Below, one piece after another: positions 8,791 to 18,373 of a stretch of DNA of 45,063 bases. The DNA comes from Lentisphaeria bacterium. GTDB taxonomy: Bacteria; Verrucomicrobiota; Lentisphaeria; Victivallales; UBA1829. The notes beneath the pieces were generated by a model. That model saw only the letters and a program-made list of their open reading frames with translations, did no database searches and was not told the DNA's origin. A program made the translations under genes and the position numbers. The DNA is taken from positions 1-45,063 of the forward strand of contig JAGAEF010000307.1 of NCBI GenBank assembly GCA_017613255.1, given 5' to 3'. Within the stretch, counting starts at the first letter, position 1, and each line of letters starts with the position of its first letter.

Positions 8791-8892
8791 GGTGCGGGAC
8801 TGAAAAAACTGCCGTTTTTCGGCAAAACGGGCGGAAGAAGCCCTTTTTGGAAGAAAAAATCGCGTCCGGGAGCGTTTTTTTTCGTTTCCGGT

Positions 8893-8920
8893 ATTGAATA
8901 TTGACGGAAAATGCATATAA
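8893..8920 (+). promoter_or_regulatory. Candidate promoter TTGAAT-N16-TATAAT (pseudopilin-like gene)
   Basis: Hexamers at 8893-8898 and 8915-8920, about 45 nt upstream of the ATG at 8965. Confidence 0.5.
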
Positions 8921-8964
8921 TATCGGTGTGGACGTGTGCAAAGGATAAAATTCAGGAGGTTTTT

Positions 8965-9708
8965 ATGAGAAAGAGATCCGTTTTCACCCTGATCGAACTT
9001 CTGGTGGTCATTGCCATCATTGCCATTCTGGCGGCCATGCTGCTGCCTGCTCTGAACAAGGCAAAGGCGACGGCGGAATCCGTCTCCTGCAAAAGCAACC
9101 AGAAACAGCTGGGACTGGTCCTGCAGTTCTATCAGGACGCCTACAAGGGCTGGCTCATGCAGGGCAATTCCAATACGGATGTGGTCAAGAACCACTGGAT
9201 CCCCTTCCATCTTTCCCGCACCACCGGCGTGACCTTCAGCGGCTACAAGGACCGGAAGACCAAGGCCTACGGCTGCCCCACGCCCAAGTACGTCATCACC
9301 AGTGCCGGGTACTTTTCCCATATCCTGTACGGGACGAGGATGATGACCAGCGGCCCCGGCATCAACCAGATCAAGGTCTTTGCGGAGGATCCGTACAAGG
9401 GCTACTACGTGAACCTGCAGTACTATCTTGCCCACCAGACGAAGCGTATTTCCCCCTCCCAGTGGCATTTCTTCGGGGACACCGTCACCAATGTCGTCAC
9501 CCCCCGGGCGACCATGCAGGCCGCCATCTACTATACCTACAATCAGTCCTCCTACACCTCCAGCGGATTTGTCCATGCCCGCCACAGCAAGACCGCCAAT
9601 CTCTGGTTTTCGGACGGCCACGTGGACGGCGTGAAGACTTCCTCCTTCATCACACCCTACGGGATCAAGGCCTACCGGCTCGCGGACGGGACCTATCTGC
9701 ATTTCTGA
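8965..9708 (+). CDS. Prepilin-type N-terminal cleavage/methylation domain protein of the H-X9-DG (DUF1559-like) family
   Basis: AGGAGG RBS at 8955-8960. The N-terminus [30 protein letters not shown] is a class III signal peptide (FTLIELLVV). The C-terminal [13 protein letters not shown] fits H-X9-DG exactly. Confidence 0.9.
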   Translation: MRKRSVFTLIELLVVIAIIAILAAMLLPALNKAKATAESVSCKSNQKQLGLVLQFYQDAYKGWLMQGNSNTDVVKNHWIPFHLSRTTGVTFSGYKDRKTKAYGCPTPKYVITSAGYFSHILYGTRMMTSGPGINQIKVFAEDPYKGYYVNLQYYLAHQTKRISPSQWHFFGDTVTNVVTPRATMQAAIYYTYNQSSYTSSGFVHARHSKTANLWFSDGHVDGVKTSSFITPYGIKAYRLADGTYLHF

Positions 9709-9776
9709 AGAGAGATCTTTGCCCCCTCTCCGGGAAGGGAAAGGCCCTCAAAAAGACCATTTTCATGCTTTTTTGC

Positions 9777-9799
9777 CTGCCGGGTTTGATTCCCGGCAG
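9777..9799 (+). terminator. Hairpin downstream of the pseudopilin-like gene (possible terminator overlapping the alaS promoter)
   Basis: CTGCCGGG (9777-9784) and CCCGGCAG (9792-9799) form a perfect 8-bp stem with a 7-nt loop. It is followed by ATTTGTATT, which is T-rich but not a clean T run. Confidence 0.4.
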
Positions 9800-9813
9800 A
9801 TTTGTATTATATT
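9786..9813 (+). promoter_or_regulatory. Candidate promoter TTGATT-N16-TATATT (alaS)
   Basis: Hexamers at 9786-9791 and 9808-9813, about 38 nt upstream of the ATG at 9851. Confidence 0.45.
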
Positions 9814-9850
9814 ATAAGAGCAGTTTCTGCAGAAAACGAAAGGACCGGAA

Positions 9851-11632
9851 ATGACCGCAAGAGAACTGAGAAAGAAATACATCGAGTTTTTCAAGGCAAA
9901 AGGGCACAGTGTCATCAAAAGCGCCTCCCTGATCCCCGATAACGACCCCACCGTGCTTTTCACCACGGCGGGCATGCACCCCCTCGTCCCCTATCTTCTG
10001 GGCGCCAAGCACCCTCAGGGGACCCGCCTCACCGACGTGCAGAAGTGCATCCGCACGGGGGACATCGACGAAGTGGGAGATCCCGTGCATCTCACCTTCT
10101 TCGAAATGCTGGGCAACTGGTCGCTGGGAGACTATTTCAAGGACGAAGCCATCGGATTTTCCTTCGAATTCCTCACCGGGAAGGAGAATTTGAACATCCC
10201 CGTGGAAATGCTGGGAGTCACCGTGTTCGAAGGGGATGAAAACGCTCCCTTCGACGAGGAGGCGTTCCAAAAATGGCGCTCTCTGGGCATCCCGGAAAAA
10301 CGCATCGCCAAACTGCCCAAGGAGGACAACTGGTGGGGACCCGCCGGCCAGACCGGCCCCTGCGGACCGGATACGGAAATGTTCTACTGGACCGGACCGC
10401 TGCCCGTGCCGGAAGTCTTCGACCCCTCCGACAAACGCTGGGTGGAGATCTGGAACGACGTGTTCATGCAGTACAACAAGACTGCGGAAGGCAAATACGT
10501 TCCTCTGGCCCAGAAAAACGTGGATACGGGCATGGGCGTGGAGCGGGTCACCGCCGTCCTGCAGGGGAAGAAGAGCTGCTACGAAACGGAGCTTTTCGCG
10601 CCGCTTTTCCGGGCGCTGGATTCCGTCCGGGGCACGGAATGGGTCTCTCCCGAACTGCGGAGCAGATCGGAACGCATCGTAGTGGAACACATCCGCGCGG
10701 CCTCCTTCATCATGGCCGACGGCGTCACCCCCGGCAAGACCGACCAGCCCTATATCCTGCGCCGCCTCATCCGCCGCACCGTCCGGGAGGGCGGAAAACT
10801 GGGGATCACGGAAGCGTTCTGCGCGAAGATCGCCAAGGTGGTCATCGACGAATACAAGGAGTTCTATCCCGAACTGGAGGAAAACTCCGCAAGGATCCTG
10901 GAAGAGTTCACCAACGAGGAACAGCTTTTCGCCCAGACGCTGGAAAAGGGGACCAAGGAGTTCGAGAAGATCATTTCCAAGGTGCCCGATTTCGTCAAGA
11001 ACAAAGTCTTCAGCGGCAAGAACGCCTTCTATATCTACGAGACCTTCGGCTTCCCCATCGAGCTTACCTGCGAAATGGCGGCGGAAAAAGGCTTCACCGT
11101 GGATATGAAGGGCTATGAAGAGGCTTTCGCCAAACATCAGGAACTTTCCCGCAAAGGGGCGGAACAGAAGTTCAAGGGCGGGCTTGCCGACCATTCGGAA
11201 GCTACAGCCGCGCTTCATTCCGCGACCCATCTTCTGCATGCGGCCCTCCGGAAGGTTCTGGGCACCACCGTGGAACAGAGAGGCTCCAACATCACTGCGG
11301 AACGTCTGCGCTTCGACTTTTCCCACGATCAGAAAGTGACGCCGGAACAGCTTGCGGAAGTGGAAAAGCTGGTGAATGAATGGATTGAGGCGAAGGTGCC
11401 CATCACCTGCGACGAACTCACCGTGGACGAGGCCAGAAGCAGGGGCGCCATCGGGCTTTTCGCCAACAAATACGGGGAAAGGGTCACCATGTACACCATG
11501 GGACCCTTCAGCAAGGAGATCTGCGGCGGACCTCACGCGAAGAATACCGGGGATCTGGGCCACTTCCGGATCCTGAAGGAGGAAAGCTCCAGCCGGGGCA
11601 TCCGCAGGATCAAGGCGGTTCTGGAAAAGTAA
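9851..11632 (+). CDS. alaS: Alanine--tRNA ligase, compact 593-aa form (catalytic, tRNA-recognition and editing domains; no C-Ala domain)
   Basis: Catalytic-domain motifs are FTTAGMHPLVPYLLG, FFEMLGNWSLGDYFK and GPCGPDTEMFY. Editing-domain motifs are HSATHLLHAAL and ICGGPH, followed by GIRRIKAV. The stop codon is at 11630-11632. Confidence 0.95.
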   Translation: MTARELRKKYIEFFKAKGHSVIKSASLIPDNDPTVLFTTAGMHPLVPYLLGAKHPQGTRLTDVQKCIRTGDIDEVGDPVHLTFFEMLGNWSLGDYFKDEAIGFSFEFLTGKENLNIPVEMLGVTVFEGDENAPFDEEAFQKWRSLGIPEKRIAKLPKEDNWWGPAGQTGPCGPDTEMFYWTGPLPVPEVFDPSDKRWVEIWNDVFMQYNKTAEGKYVPLAQKNVDTGMGVERVTAVLQGKKSCYETELFAPLFRALDSVRGTEWVSPELRSRSERIVVEHIRAASFIMADGVTPGKTDQPYILRRLIRRTVREGGKLGITEAFCAKIAKVVIDEYKEFYPELEENSARILEEFTNEEQLFAQTLEKGTKEFEKIISKVPDFVKNKVFSGKNAFYIYETFGFPIELTCEMAAEKGFTVDMKGYEEAFAKHQELSRKGAEQKFKGGLADHSEATAALHSATHLLHAALRKVLGTTVEQRGSNITAERLRFDFSHDQKVTPEQLAEVEKLVNEWIEAKVPITCDELTVDEARSRGAIGLFANKYGERVTMYTMGPFSKEICGGPHAKNTGDLGHFRILKEESSSRGIRRIKAVLEK

Positions 11633-11659
11633 CGCATTCCGCAACGCAAGGAGAAGAAC

Positions 11660-12169
11660 ATGCAGAGAGCTACCCTTTCCATTACGGGCGAAGGCGGCGT
11701 ATATGCGGTCAAAGCCTCCGGCAGGGCCACATTCGAGTGCGCCGGTCCCCTTCGGGAACTTGCCAAAAAGCTGGGAGAAGAGCAATTCACGGTTCTGGAC
11801 GTGGATCTTGCCGAGTGTCAGGGCATGGACAGCACCTTCATGGGGATCCTTGCCATGCTGGGTTTGCGGGCAAGAAAGATCGGGGCTTCCATGAATATCG
11901 TCAACGCCAACGATCTCAATAGGTCCCTTCTGTACGGTCTGGGGCTGAAAAAACTCTTCAACTACACCCAGGGGGCGGTTGCCGCCTCTTCGGCTTCCGC
12001 CGTTGCTTCTTCCGGTGAAAATTCCAAAATGGAATCCGCGCAGACGGTTCTGGACGCCCACAAGACCCTGATGGAAGTGGACGACGAGAACAAGAAGAAG
12101 TTCGGCGCCGTGGTTCAGATGGTCCAGCAGGACATCGACAAGCTCCATCAGGAAGAAGAGAAGAAGTAA
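11660..12169 (+). CDS. STAS-domain protein (anti-sigma-factor-antagonist-like) with coiled-coil C-terminus
   Basis: 169-aa ORF with an AAGGAGAAG RBS. The pattern VLDVDLAECQGMDSTFMGILAML...ASMNIVNANDLNRSLLYGLGL is typical of the STAS/SpoIIAA fold. No partner kinase or phosphatase gene is adjacent. Confidence 0.55.
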   Translation: MQRATLSITGEGGVYAVKASGRATFECAGPLRELAKKLGEEQFTVLDVDLAECQGMDSTFMGILAMLGLRARKIGASMNIVNANDLNRSLLYGLGLKKLFNYTQGAVAASSASAVASSGENSKMESAQTVLDAHKTLMEVDDENKKKFGAVVQMVQQDIDKLHQEEEKK

Positions 12170-12189
12170 CCTTTCCCGGGGCGGGACAC

Positions 12190-13134
12190 ATGGAATGGCA
12201 CAGGGAACGGGAATTTTACAGTTTCGTTCCCCTGGGGGATGACGGAATCCTTCTTCTGGATTTTCTTGCCTCCCGCTACTCCCGCTTCGACAGAGAGGGC
12301 TGGACGCGCGAGATCGAAGGGGGAAGAGTCCTCGTGGAGGGAAAAATCGTCACTTCCCCTCTTTTTCCGCTGAAAAAACACGGGAAAATTTCCTACTTTC
12401 CCGGAGAGCTTCCCGAACCGGAGGCGGATCTTGCCTTCAAGGTGCATTACGAAGACGAATTCCTCCTTGTTCTGGAAAAAAGCGGGAATCTGTGCGTGCA
12501 TCCCACCGGACCCTTCTACAAAAACACGCTGTGGTATCAGGCCTCTGCCCTCTACGGGGAACTGAAATTCGTGCAGAGACTGGACAAGGAGACCAGCGGG
12601 CTTCTCGTTGCCGCCCGTTCCCGGGAAGCTGCAGCCGTCCTTGCCAACGGAAAGACCCTTTTTCACAAGGAGTATCTGGTTCTGGTGCATGGGGATTTTC
12701 ACGGCACGGTCCATGCGAAGGGAAGACTGATCCGGGACGAAAGAAGCTCCATAGGGAAAAAGAAACGCTTTCTTTTTGCCGGAAACAGCGGAAATACGCT
12801 GGGAGAAGCTGCGGAGACCATTCTCATCCGGGAGAGGACCGTCCCCCCCGGCATGACCCTTGTACGGGCTTTGCCCGTCACGGGAAGACAGCACCAGATC
12901 CGCGCCACCCTTTTTTCTCTGGGATTTCCCGTGGTGGGGGATAAACTTTACGGAAGGGACGAAAATCTGTTCCGGAAGATCTCCGAAGGGAGTTTTACGG
13001 AGGAGGAAAAGCGTCTGCTCGTGCTGCCCCGTCAGGCCTTGCACTGCGCCGTGCTGGGGTTTGTTCACCCATTCACGGGAAAAGAGATCTTATGCCGCTG
13101 CGAAGCGGATTTTGGCGGCGATCCGACGGCCTAG
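12190..13134 (+). CDS. RluA-family pseudouridine synthase (RluD/RluC-like, with S4-like N-terminus)
   Basis: Motifs are LVLEKSGNLCVHPTG, RLDKETSGLLVAARS (catalytic Asp) and TGRQHQIRATL. Confidence 0.9.
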   Translation: MEWHREREFYSFVPLGDDGILLLDFLASRYSRFDREGWTREIEGGRVLVEGKIVTSPLFPLKKHGKISYFPGELPEPEADLAFKVHYEDEFLLVLEKSGNLCVHPTGPFYKNTLWYQASALYGELKFVQRLDKETSGLLVAARSREAAAVLANGKTLFHKEYLVLVHGDFHGTVHAKGRLIRDERSSIGKKKRFLFAGNSGNTLGEAAETILIRERTVPPGMTLVRALPVTGRQHQIRATLFSLGFPVVGDKLYGRDENLFRKISEGSFTEEEKRLLVLPRQALHCAVLGFVHPFTGKEILCRCEADFGGDPTA

Positions 13135-16115
13135 TTCGTCGTCGTCCCGTTCGTCCCGTTCTCTTCTTCGTCTTCTTCCTCTTCTTCTTCTCTGGGGACG
13201 TCATCGTAGTTAGGCGCCTTCTGCTCATTCCTTGCCGTGATGGCTGTTCCGGGCATGGCGGTCAGCCCCATGGCGAATCCCAGATACCACTTCCAGGTCT
13301 TCTTGTCCACGTCATTGCGGGAAAAACTCATTCCCGAATTCACCTGAAGGTACCAGCAGTGGAAGTTTCTCGTCAACGTGAAATTCACGTTGTCGATCAG
13401 GTCGTCATTCACGTTGTAGGTAACGGAGGCTCTGCCTTTGAGGCGGTCGTCGATATAGGTGGGGAAGGAAAGGGAAAGGGAGATTGTCTGCGCCTTCTTG
13501 AATACCGTGGCGAAACTGGTCATGGCGGCGGCGCTGGCCAGCGAACTTGCCATGGAGTAGGTGGCGCGCTGTTTGTAGTCGTCGCTGTACATGTAGGAAG
13601 CCGTGATCTGCCAGTCCTTGGAGAATTTGTAGGAAAGCGTGGTCTCCCAGCGGTTGACGAGCGGCCATCCGGCAAGCCCCGGCCTGCCCTCTTCCTTGCC
13701 GGCGCGGACCACTACCGAATCATGTTCGTTGTTCCGCCCCACATCGAGAATCAGCTTGGACTGAAGGGAGAACTCCTCCGTGGGGGTGAAAGAGAGAATG
13801 GTGGTGAAATCTCCCCGGCTGTTGAATCCGAAATCCCTGTAGAAGTGGTAGTCCCAGTAGTTCTCCATGGAGAAGTACTCCCGCACCTGGGAATCCTCCC
13901 CTCTTGTCTGAATGCGGTTGATGATACCGAACCGGAAGAAGTTCTGCCGGGTGATCTGGTCCACGTCGTCGAAGTAGTAAAGTTTGGAATAATCCACATT
14001 GGGCTTGGGAATGAAGGTGTAGTTGATGTAGGGCACGATCACATGACGGAGCCCGTCGATCTGGAAGAACGCGCTTTTGGGGGTCTGCCACGCCCGGTAG
14101 ATCTTGGTATTGAGTTCCGCACCCAGTTCCGTGACGAGCCGGACCTTCGCTCCGCCGTTCTTGTCGTAATTTTTCAGGAACAGAGTGGCGGGGGGCCACT
14201 TGTCCAGATCGTTGGCGTAAATGAGCTTGTTCAGATCGTCCAGCTCGACCTTTTCCTTCGTGGACCGGGAGTAGGCCGTGACGCGGGCGGCAAAGCGGGG
14301 AATGAAGTTGACGGCATCCAGAATACGGATGGGATAATAGAAGGCATGCAGGGTATCGAACCGGAAGGCTTCGTACTTCTTCACCTCTTCCAGATATCCT
14401 CCGTACTCGTCCGGATACATGCGCCAGAGCGCCTGGATGGCCTCGTCTTTCGTGATCTTATCCGCCCGGAACGCATTCACGATCTCCTGGCTGTTGCCCG
14501 GGTACTCCTCCAAGGCGGCGATGGTTCCGGGCATCAAGGCGGGGTTTTCCCAGCGTTTCCGGTCGTAATCCCGCCAGTTCATTCTGTAGTATCCGCCGGA
14601 GGTCTGGCTCTGATAATAGAGCCCCTTGAAAAGTTCCCGCCGGAAAATATCCAGACGCAGTTCCGGCAGACGCTCCACGGTCATGTCGAAGGAATTGACC
14701 TTGAAGGTGGTTTGCAGCAGGACGGAGAAGGAATCCCCCTGGTAGTCCAGCGCTGCGAAGGAGGGGGGCTGGACATCCCGGTTGTAGCGGGCGGAAAAAT
14801 ACTCCTCCAGGAAGTTGTAGTCGCTTAACATGTCCACGGCTCCGCGGAAGGTAAGTCTGGGATTGAGGAAGGTGATGTTGGAGAGCCGGAACTCATAGCG
14901 GTTCTTGGGAATGTCCAGCCTCGATTTCATGGCGCGCCACTCCTTGTCCGAGATCTCTATTTCCTCCTCCCCTTTGAGAATGAATCCGGGATTCTTTCCG
15001 AAATCGTCTTCCCAGAGCGTGTAGGGATTGCGGTCCCTTATGGCGTAGGCGAAGAACTCGGTGCTGGATTCCGGTGTGGTGATGTCCAGTTCCGCCCCGT
15101 ATCCGAAACCCCGTTTTTCATAGAAGTCCAGAAGGATCCCGCCCCGCACCCGCGCGGGCTTGTCGAGAATGCTCATTTCCTTGCGTATCCGCGCGTACCA
15201 GCCCCATTCGGAGGATTTTCCGACCTCCACTCTCGCACCGAAAGAACTGAAATCCCGGGGCTTGTACAGGGCCGGGAACCAGAAGACCGGCACGTTCCAG
15301 ACGTAAAGAAGCGAATTCTTGGCGAAAATGGAGTAATCCCCGTGATCTCCCGGCGAATGGAAGAGACTGCGGTTGCCCTCCCGGGGCGTGAGGATCATCT
15401 CTTTTGCGCCGATGGCATAGTGGGCGTTGGAATCCAGCAGATATTCGCAGGTGGAGGTCTTTGCCCCCCAGACCTTGATGACCCCGTCGGAATAGCGTTC
15501 GGCAAGCTCGCCGGAGAGGTAGAGCAGATCCGCCTTCAGGGAAAAGTCACGAAACAGGAAATTGCCGGTGTTCATGTTGCCGGAAATCCGCTCCGCGTGG
15601 ATATAGGCGGTGTTCATCTTGAGCTCCACGTTGAGCTTTTTTCTTCCCGTGGGCAACGTCACCTGATTGAGGATCTTCACCTTGACGGGGGGCTCCTTGA
15701 GCAGTTCCCTGTATTCCTGAAAATCCACGACTTTCTTCAGGGAGGATTCGATGCGGAAATCCACATTCCCCACCACTTCCACATCCCCGTTCTTGATGTT
15801 GATGACGGCGGTATTCCCGGTGATCTGGAAGGTCTTGCTTTTGATGACCACATGCCCCCGGGCGATGAGATTGCTGCCCACATATTCGTAGCTGTCGGCG
15901 CTTGCGTCGATGTCCTCCTTGGAGACCGTGTCCATTTTGGGCATCTTCACCACCTTCTGGAACTCGGAGGCGCCGGGAGGCGTGTAGTATTCGTTCTTTG
16001 TCCGGATCTGGGAAAAAAGGGACCCGTGAAGCGCCAGAAGGAGCACGAGAAGCAAAATTCCCGAACGTCTTTTCCGATTCTCTTTCACGTCATGAATTCC
16101 CTTTTTTGGGTCCAT
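13131..16115 (-). CDS. lptD: LPS-assembly outer-membrane protein LptD/OstA-like (large, with acidic C-terminal tail)
   Basis: 994-aa ORF with a signal-anchor-like N-terminus (ILLLVLLLALHGSLFSQ). An OstA-like N-terminal pattern is present (ADSYEYVGSNLIARGHVVIKSKTFQITGNTAVINIKNGDVEVVGNVDF). The long aromatic-rich region is compatible with a beta-barrel. The tail is EEEEEEDEEENGTNGTTTN. Confidence 0.55.
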   Translation of the reverse strand: MDPKKGIHDVKENRKRRSGILLLVLLLALHGSLFSQIRTKNEYYTPPGASEFQKVVKMPKMDTVSKEDIDASADSYEYVGSNLIARGHVVIKSKTFQITGNTAVINIKNGDVEVVGNVDFRIESSLKKVVDFQEYRELLKEPPVKVKILNQVTLPTGRKKLNVELKMNTAYIHAERISGNMNTGNFLFRDFSLKADLLYLSGELAERYSDGVIKVWGAKTSTCEYLLDSNAHYAIGAKEMILTPREGNRSLFHSPGDHGDYSIFAKNSLLYVWNVPVFWFPALYKPRDFSSFGARVEVGKSSEWGWYARIRKEMSILDKPARVRGGILLDFYEKRGFGYGAELDITTPESSTEFFAYAIRDRNPYTLWEDDFGKNPGFILKGEEEIEISDKEWRAMKSRLDIPKNRYEFRLSNITFLNPRLTFRGAVDMLSDYNFLEEYFSARYNRDVQPPSFAALDYQGDSFSVLLQTTFKVNSFDMTVERLPELRLDIFRRELFKGLYYQSQTSGGYYRMNWRDYDRKRWENPALMPGTIAALEEYPGNSQEIVNAFRADKITKDEAIQALWRMYPDEYGGYLEEVKKYEAFRFDTLHAFYYPIRILDAVNFIPRFAARVTAYSRSTKEKVELDDLNKLIYANDLDKWPPATLFLKNYDKNGGAKVRLVTELGAELNTKIYRAWQTPKSAFFQIDGLRHVIVPYINYTFIPKPNVDYSKLYYFDDVDQITRQNFFRFGIINRIQTRGEDSQVREYFSMENYWDYHFYRDFGFNSRGDFTTILSFTPTEEFSLQSKLILDVGRNNEHDSVVVRAGKEEGRPGLAGWPLVNRWETTLSYKFSKDWQITASYMYSDDYKQRATYSMASSLASAAAMTSFATVFKKAQTISLSLSFPTYIDDRLKGRASVTYNVNDDLIDNVNFTLTRNFHCWYLQVNSGMSFSRNDVDKKTWKWYLGFAMGLTAMPGTAITARNEQKAPNYDDVPREEEEEEDEEENGTNGTTTN

Positions 16116-16301
16116 CCGGACAACTGCGCAAAATATGGCACATCATCCCTGCGGGACGATTCCGCTCTTCGAACTTGCTGTTCCTTTCCTCGAAGGAAAA
16201 TCTTCCCGGGGATCCCGTTTTTCTCCGAAAGCGCCGGAAAAAGCCGCGGCGGTTCCGGATACTGCGGCCCCCCATGAGGAAAGGAAAACTCCTTTACAGC
16301 T

Positions 16302-16586
16302 CTAAAGCTGTTTTTTCGTCCTTTCCTCTTCGGCGGCGGCCGCGGCGGCTTTCGCTTTGGCGGCGGCTGCCTGGGCTTGGAAATCGTCCTTCTTCGCCTC
16401 GAAATCCGGGACCAGAAGCCCTTCGGCGATCTCCAGAAGAGCTATATCCACGAAATTGTCGTCCTTGCACTTCACCATGGGCCTTGCTCCTCTGGCAAGG
16501 TCGGCGGCCCGTTTGGAGGCCAGGACGATGAGGGTCTTGGCATCGGTCACTTTTTCTTTCGCCCTGTACAGATAATCGTTATTCAT
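16302..16586 (-). CDS. rpoZ: DNA-directed RNA polymerase subunit omega, with Ala/Lys-rich C-terminal extension
   Basis: AAGGAG RBS. LIVLASKRAADLARGARPMV....NFVDIALLEIAEGLL matches the RpoZ core. The tail is AQAAAAKAKAAAAAAEEE. Confidence 0.8.
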   Translation of the reverse strand: MNNDYLYRAKEKVTDAKTLIVLASKRAADLARGARPMVKCKDDNFVDIALLEIAEGLLVPDFEAKKDDFQAQAAAAKAKAAAAAAEEERTKKQL

Positions 16587-16642
16587 TTGTCGGCTCCTTG
16601 TTTCGTTGTTCTTCCGCCGGAAGTTCCCGCGGAGGCAAGTTG

Positions 16643-18361
16643 TTAGTAATCGATCACGCTCCGATGGTTCCGGATGGTGGAATCATCTCCGCTCATGACG
16701 GCCCCCCAGTTGCACTCGAACTCGTGGAAGCTGTCCAGAATGAACCGCTCCGCAAGCACCATGCGGCGATTGTCCTTGAGGGCGTCCCGCAGCATGAGAA
16801 GTCCCGTGAAGATGAAGGTTTCATTTTCCACAAGGTTCTTTGCCCGCAGGTCATGATAGGCGGCATCCTTTTTGTCCGCGACGAACTTCACGCTTTCCAG
16901 ATGTTTTTCGTACATGGAAGCGATCTTTTCCGCAAGAGAAGCAGCTTCTCCGCCGGCGGCCTTGATCTTTTCCATGAGGATCCCGATCTCCTTGTCCAGC
17001 GTGCGCTGCATCACGCCGCCGATGGCCGCCACGTGCTGAAGCTGGGTGGTTCCTTCGTAGATGTTGGTGATTCTCACATCCCGGTAGTAGCGTTCCGCAT
17101 CGAAATCGTGCATGTAGCCCGTTCCGCCGTGGATCTGGATGCAGTCGTAGCAGATCCTGTTGGCCGACTCGGTGGAGTAGGCTTTGCTCATAGGAGTGAG
17201 GATCGCCGCAAGGCGGGTATAGTACTTGGCCTTCTCCTGCACTTCGGGGGAGGGGGCGCTTTCGGCAAGGTGGTTGTAGAGGAACCGCAGGTCCACGCAC
17301 TTGGTGGTTTCGTAGAGAAGCGTGCGGGCGGCGGTGAGTTTGGCCTTCATGCGGGCAAGCATGTCGTAAACGGCGGGGAAGTTGTCGATGGTCTGCTTGA
17401 ACTGTTCCCGTTCGGAAGCATACTTTCTCGCCTCCCGGTAGGAGGCTTCCGCGATCCCCACGGCCTGCGCGCTGATGGCCACGCGGGCGCCGTTCATGAG
17501 GCTCATCACATACCGGGTAAGTCCCCTTCTCCGCTGTCCGCAGAGTTCGGCGGGCACGTTGTTGTACTGCAGTTCCACCGTGGCCACGCCGTGGATCCCC
17601 ATCTTGTGCTCCACCCGGCGCACCACCAGTTCCGGCGTTTTCTCGCAGATGAACATGGAAAGTCCCCGTCCGTCGGAGGTCCCCGCTTCGGAACGGGCCA
17701 GCACAAGGTGCACCTTGGCGCATCCGTTGGTGATGAAGCGCTTCATGCCGTTCAAGTACCACTTGCCCGTCGCCGGGTCCTGGGTGGCTTTGAGCCGCAC
17801 GCTCTGCAGATCGGAACCGGAATCCGGCTCGGTAAGGTCCATGGCGCCGTCGGCTTCTCCCGCGGCGAAGCGGGGCAGAAAGCGTTTCTTCTGATCTTCG
17901 TCGCCGAATTCGGAGATGGTTTCGGCAATGTCCTGAAGCCCGAAAAGGTTCTGGAGACTGGCGTCGGCGCGGGAGACCATTTCCGTCATCATGGTGTAGA
18001 CGGTGTTGGGGAAGTTGAGTCCGCCGTATTCCCTTGCCAGCATGACGCCCATGACGCCCGCATCGGCAAGATCCTTGAGGTTCTGCACCGTGAGGGGGTG
18101 ATAGGTCACCGTATTGTTCTCGAAGTGAGGGCCTTCCTCATCCACCTGACGGGCCCGGGGGGCGATCCTTTCGCCCGCCACTTCGCCGACCACGGCAAGG
18201 ACCTTGTCGTAGTTGTCCATGGCGTCGGCGTAATCCACAGGCGCGAAATCCCATTTTTCGGCTTCCTTGAACCCTTTTTCCCGGAGAGTCACCACCTCTT
18301 CGAAATCCAGATTTCTGAGGGTGAAGACCAGATCCGCGTTGTCTGTATAAAAGTTGGACAT
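16643..18361 (-). CDS. Acyl-CoA dehydrogenase, long (~570 aa) form
   Basis: ACAD motifs are GAMDLTEPDSGSD, NGMKRFITNG, and QIHGGTGYMHDFDAERYYRDVRITNIYEGTTQLQ. The ATG at 18361 has an AAGAGGTG RBS 6 nt upstream. The ORF track starts at GTG 18370. Confidence 0.9.
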   Translation of the reverse strand: MSNFYTDNADLVFTLRNLDFEEVVTLREKGFKEAEKWDFAPVDYADAMDNYDKVLAVVGEVAGERIAPRARQVDEEGPHFENNTVTYHPLTVQNLKDLADAGVMGVMLAREYGGLNFPNTVYTMMTEMVSRADASLQNLFGLQDIAETISEFGDEDQKKRFLPRFAAGEADGAMDLTEPDSGSDLQSVRLKATQDPATGKWYLNGMKRFITNGCAKVHLVLARSEAGTSDGRGLSMFICEKTPELVVRRVEHKMGIHGVATVELQYNNVPAELCGQRRRGLTRYVMSLMNGARVAISAQAVGIAEASYREARKYASEREQFKQTIDNFPAVYDMLARMKAKLTAARTLLYETTKCVDLRFLYNHLAESAPSPEVQEKAKYYTRLAAILTPMSKAYSTESANRICYDCIQIHGGTGYMHDFDAERYYRDVRITNIYEGTTQLQHVAAIGGVMQRTLDKEIGILMEKIKAAGGEAASLAEKIASMYEKHLESVKFVADKKDAAYHDLRAKNLVENETFIFTGLLMLRDALKDNRRMVLAERFILDSFHEFECNWGAVMSGDDSTIRNHRSVIDY

Positions 18362-18373
18362 TTGAGACACCTC

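Noticed and set aside
8710-9702. N-terminal 331-aa extension of the kinase ORF (ORF track 6841-9702)
   Set aside because: The extension overlaps the strongly supported opposite-strand H-X9-DG pseudopilin-like gene and the divergent promoter region. The kinase has a natural start at MRFRCPFC (8709) that opens a zinc-ribbon motif.
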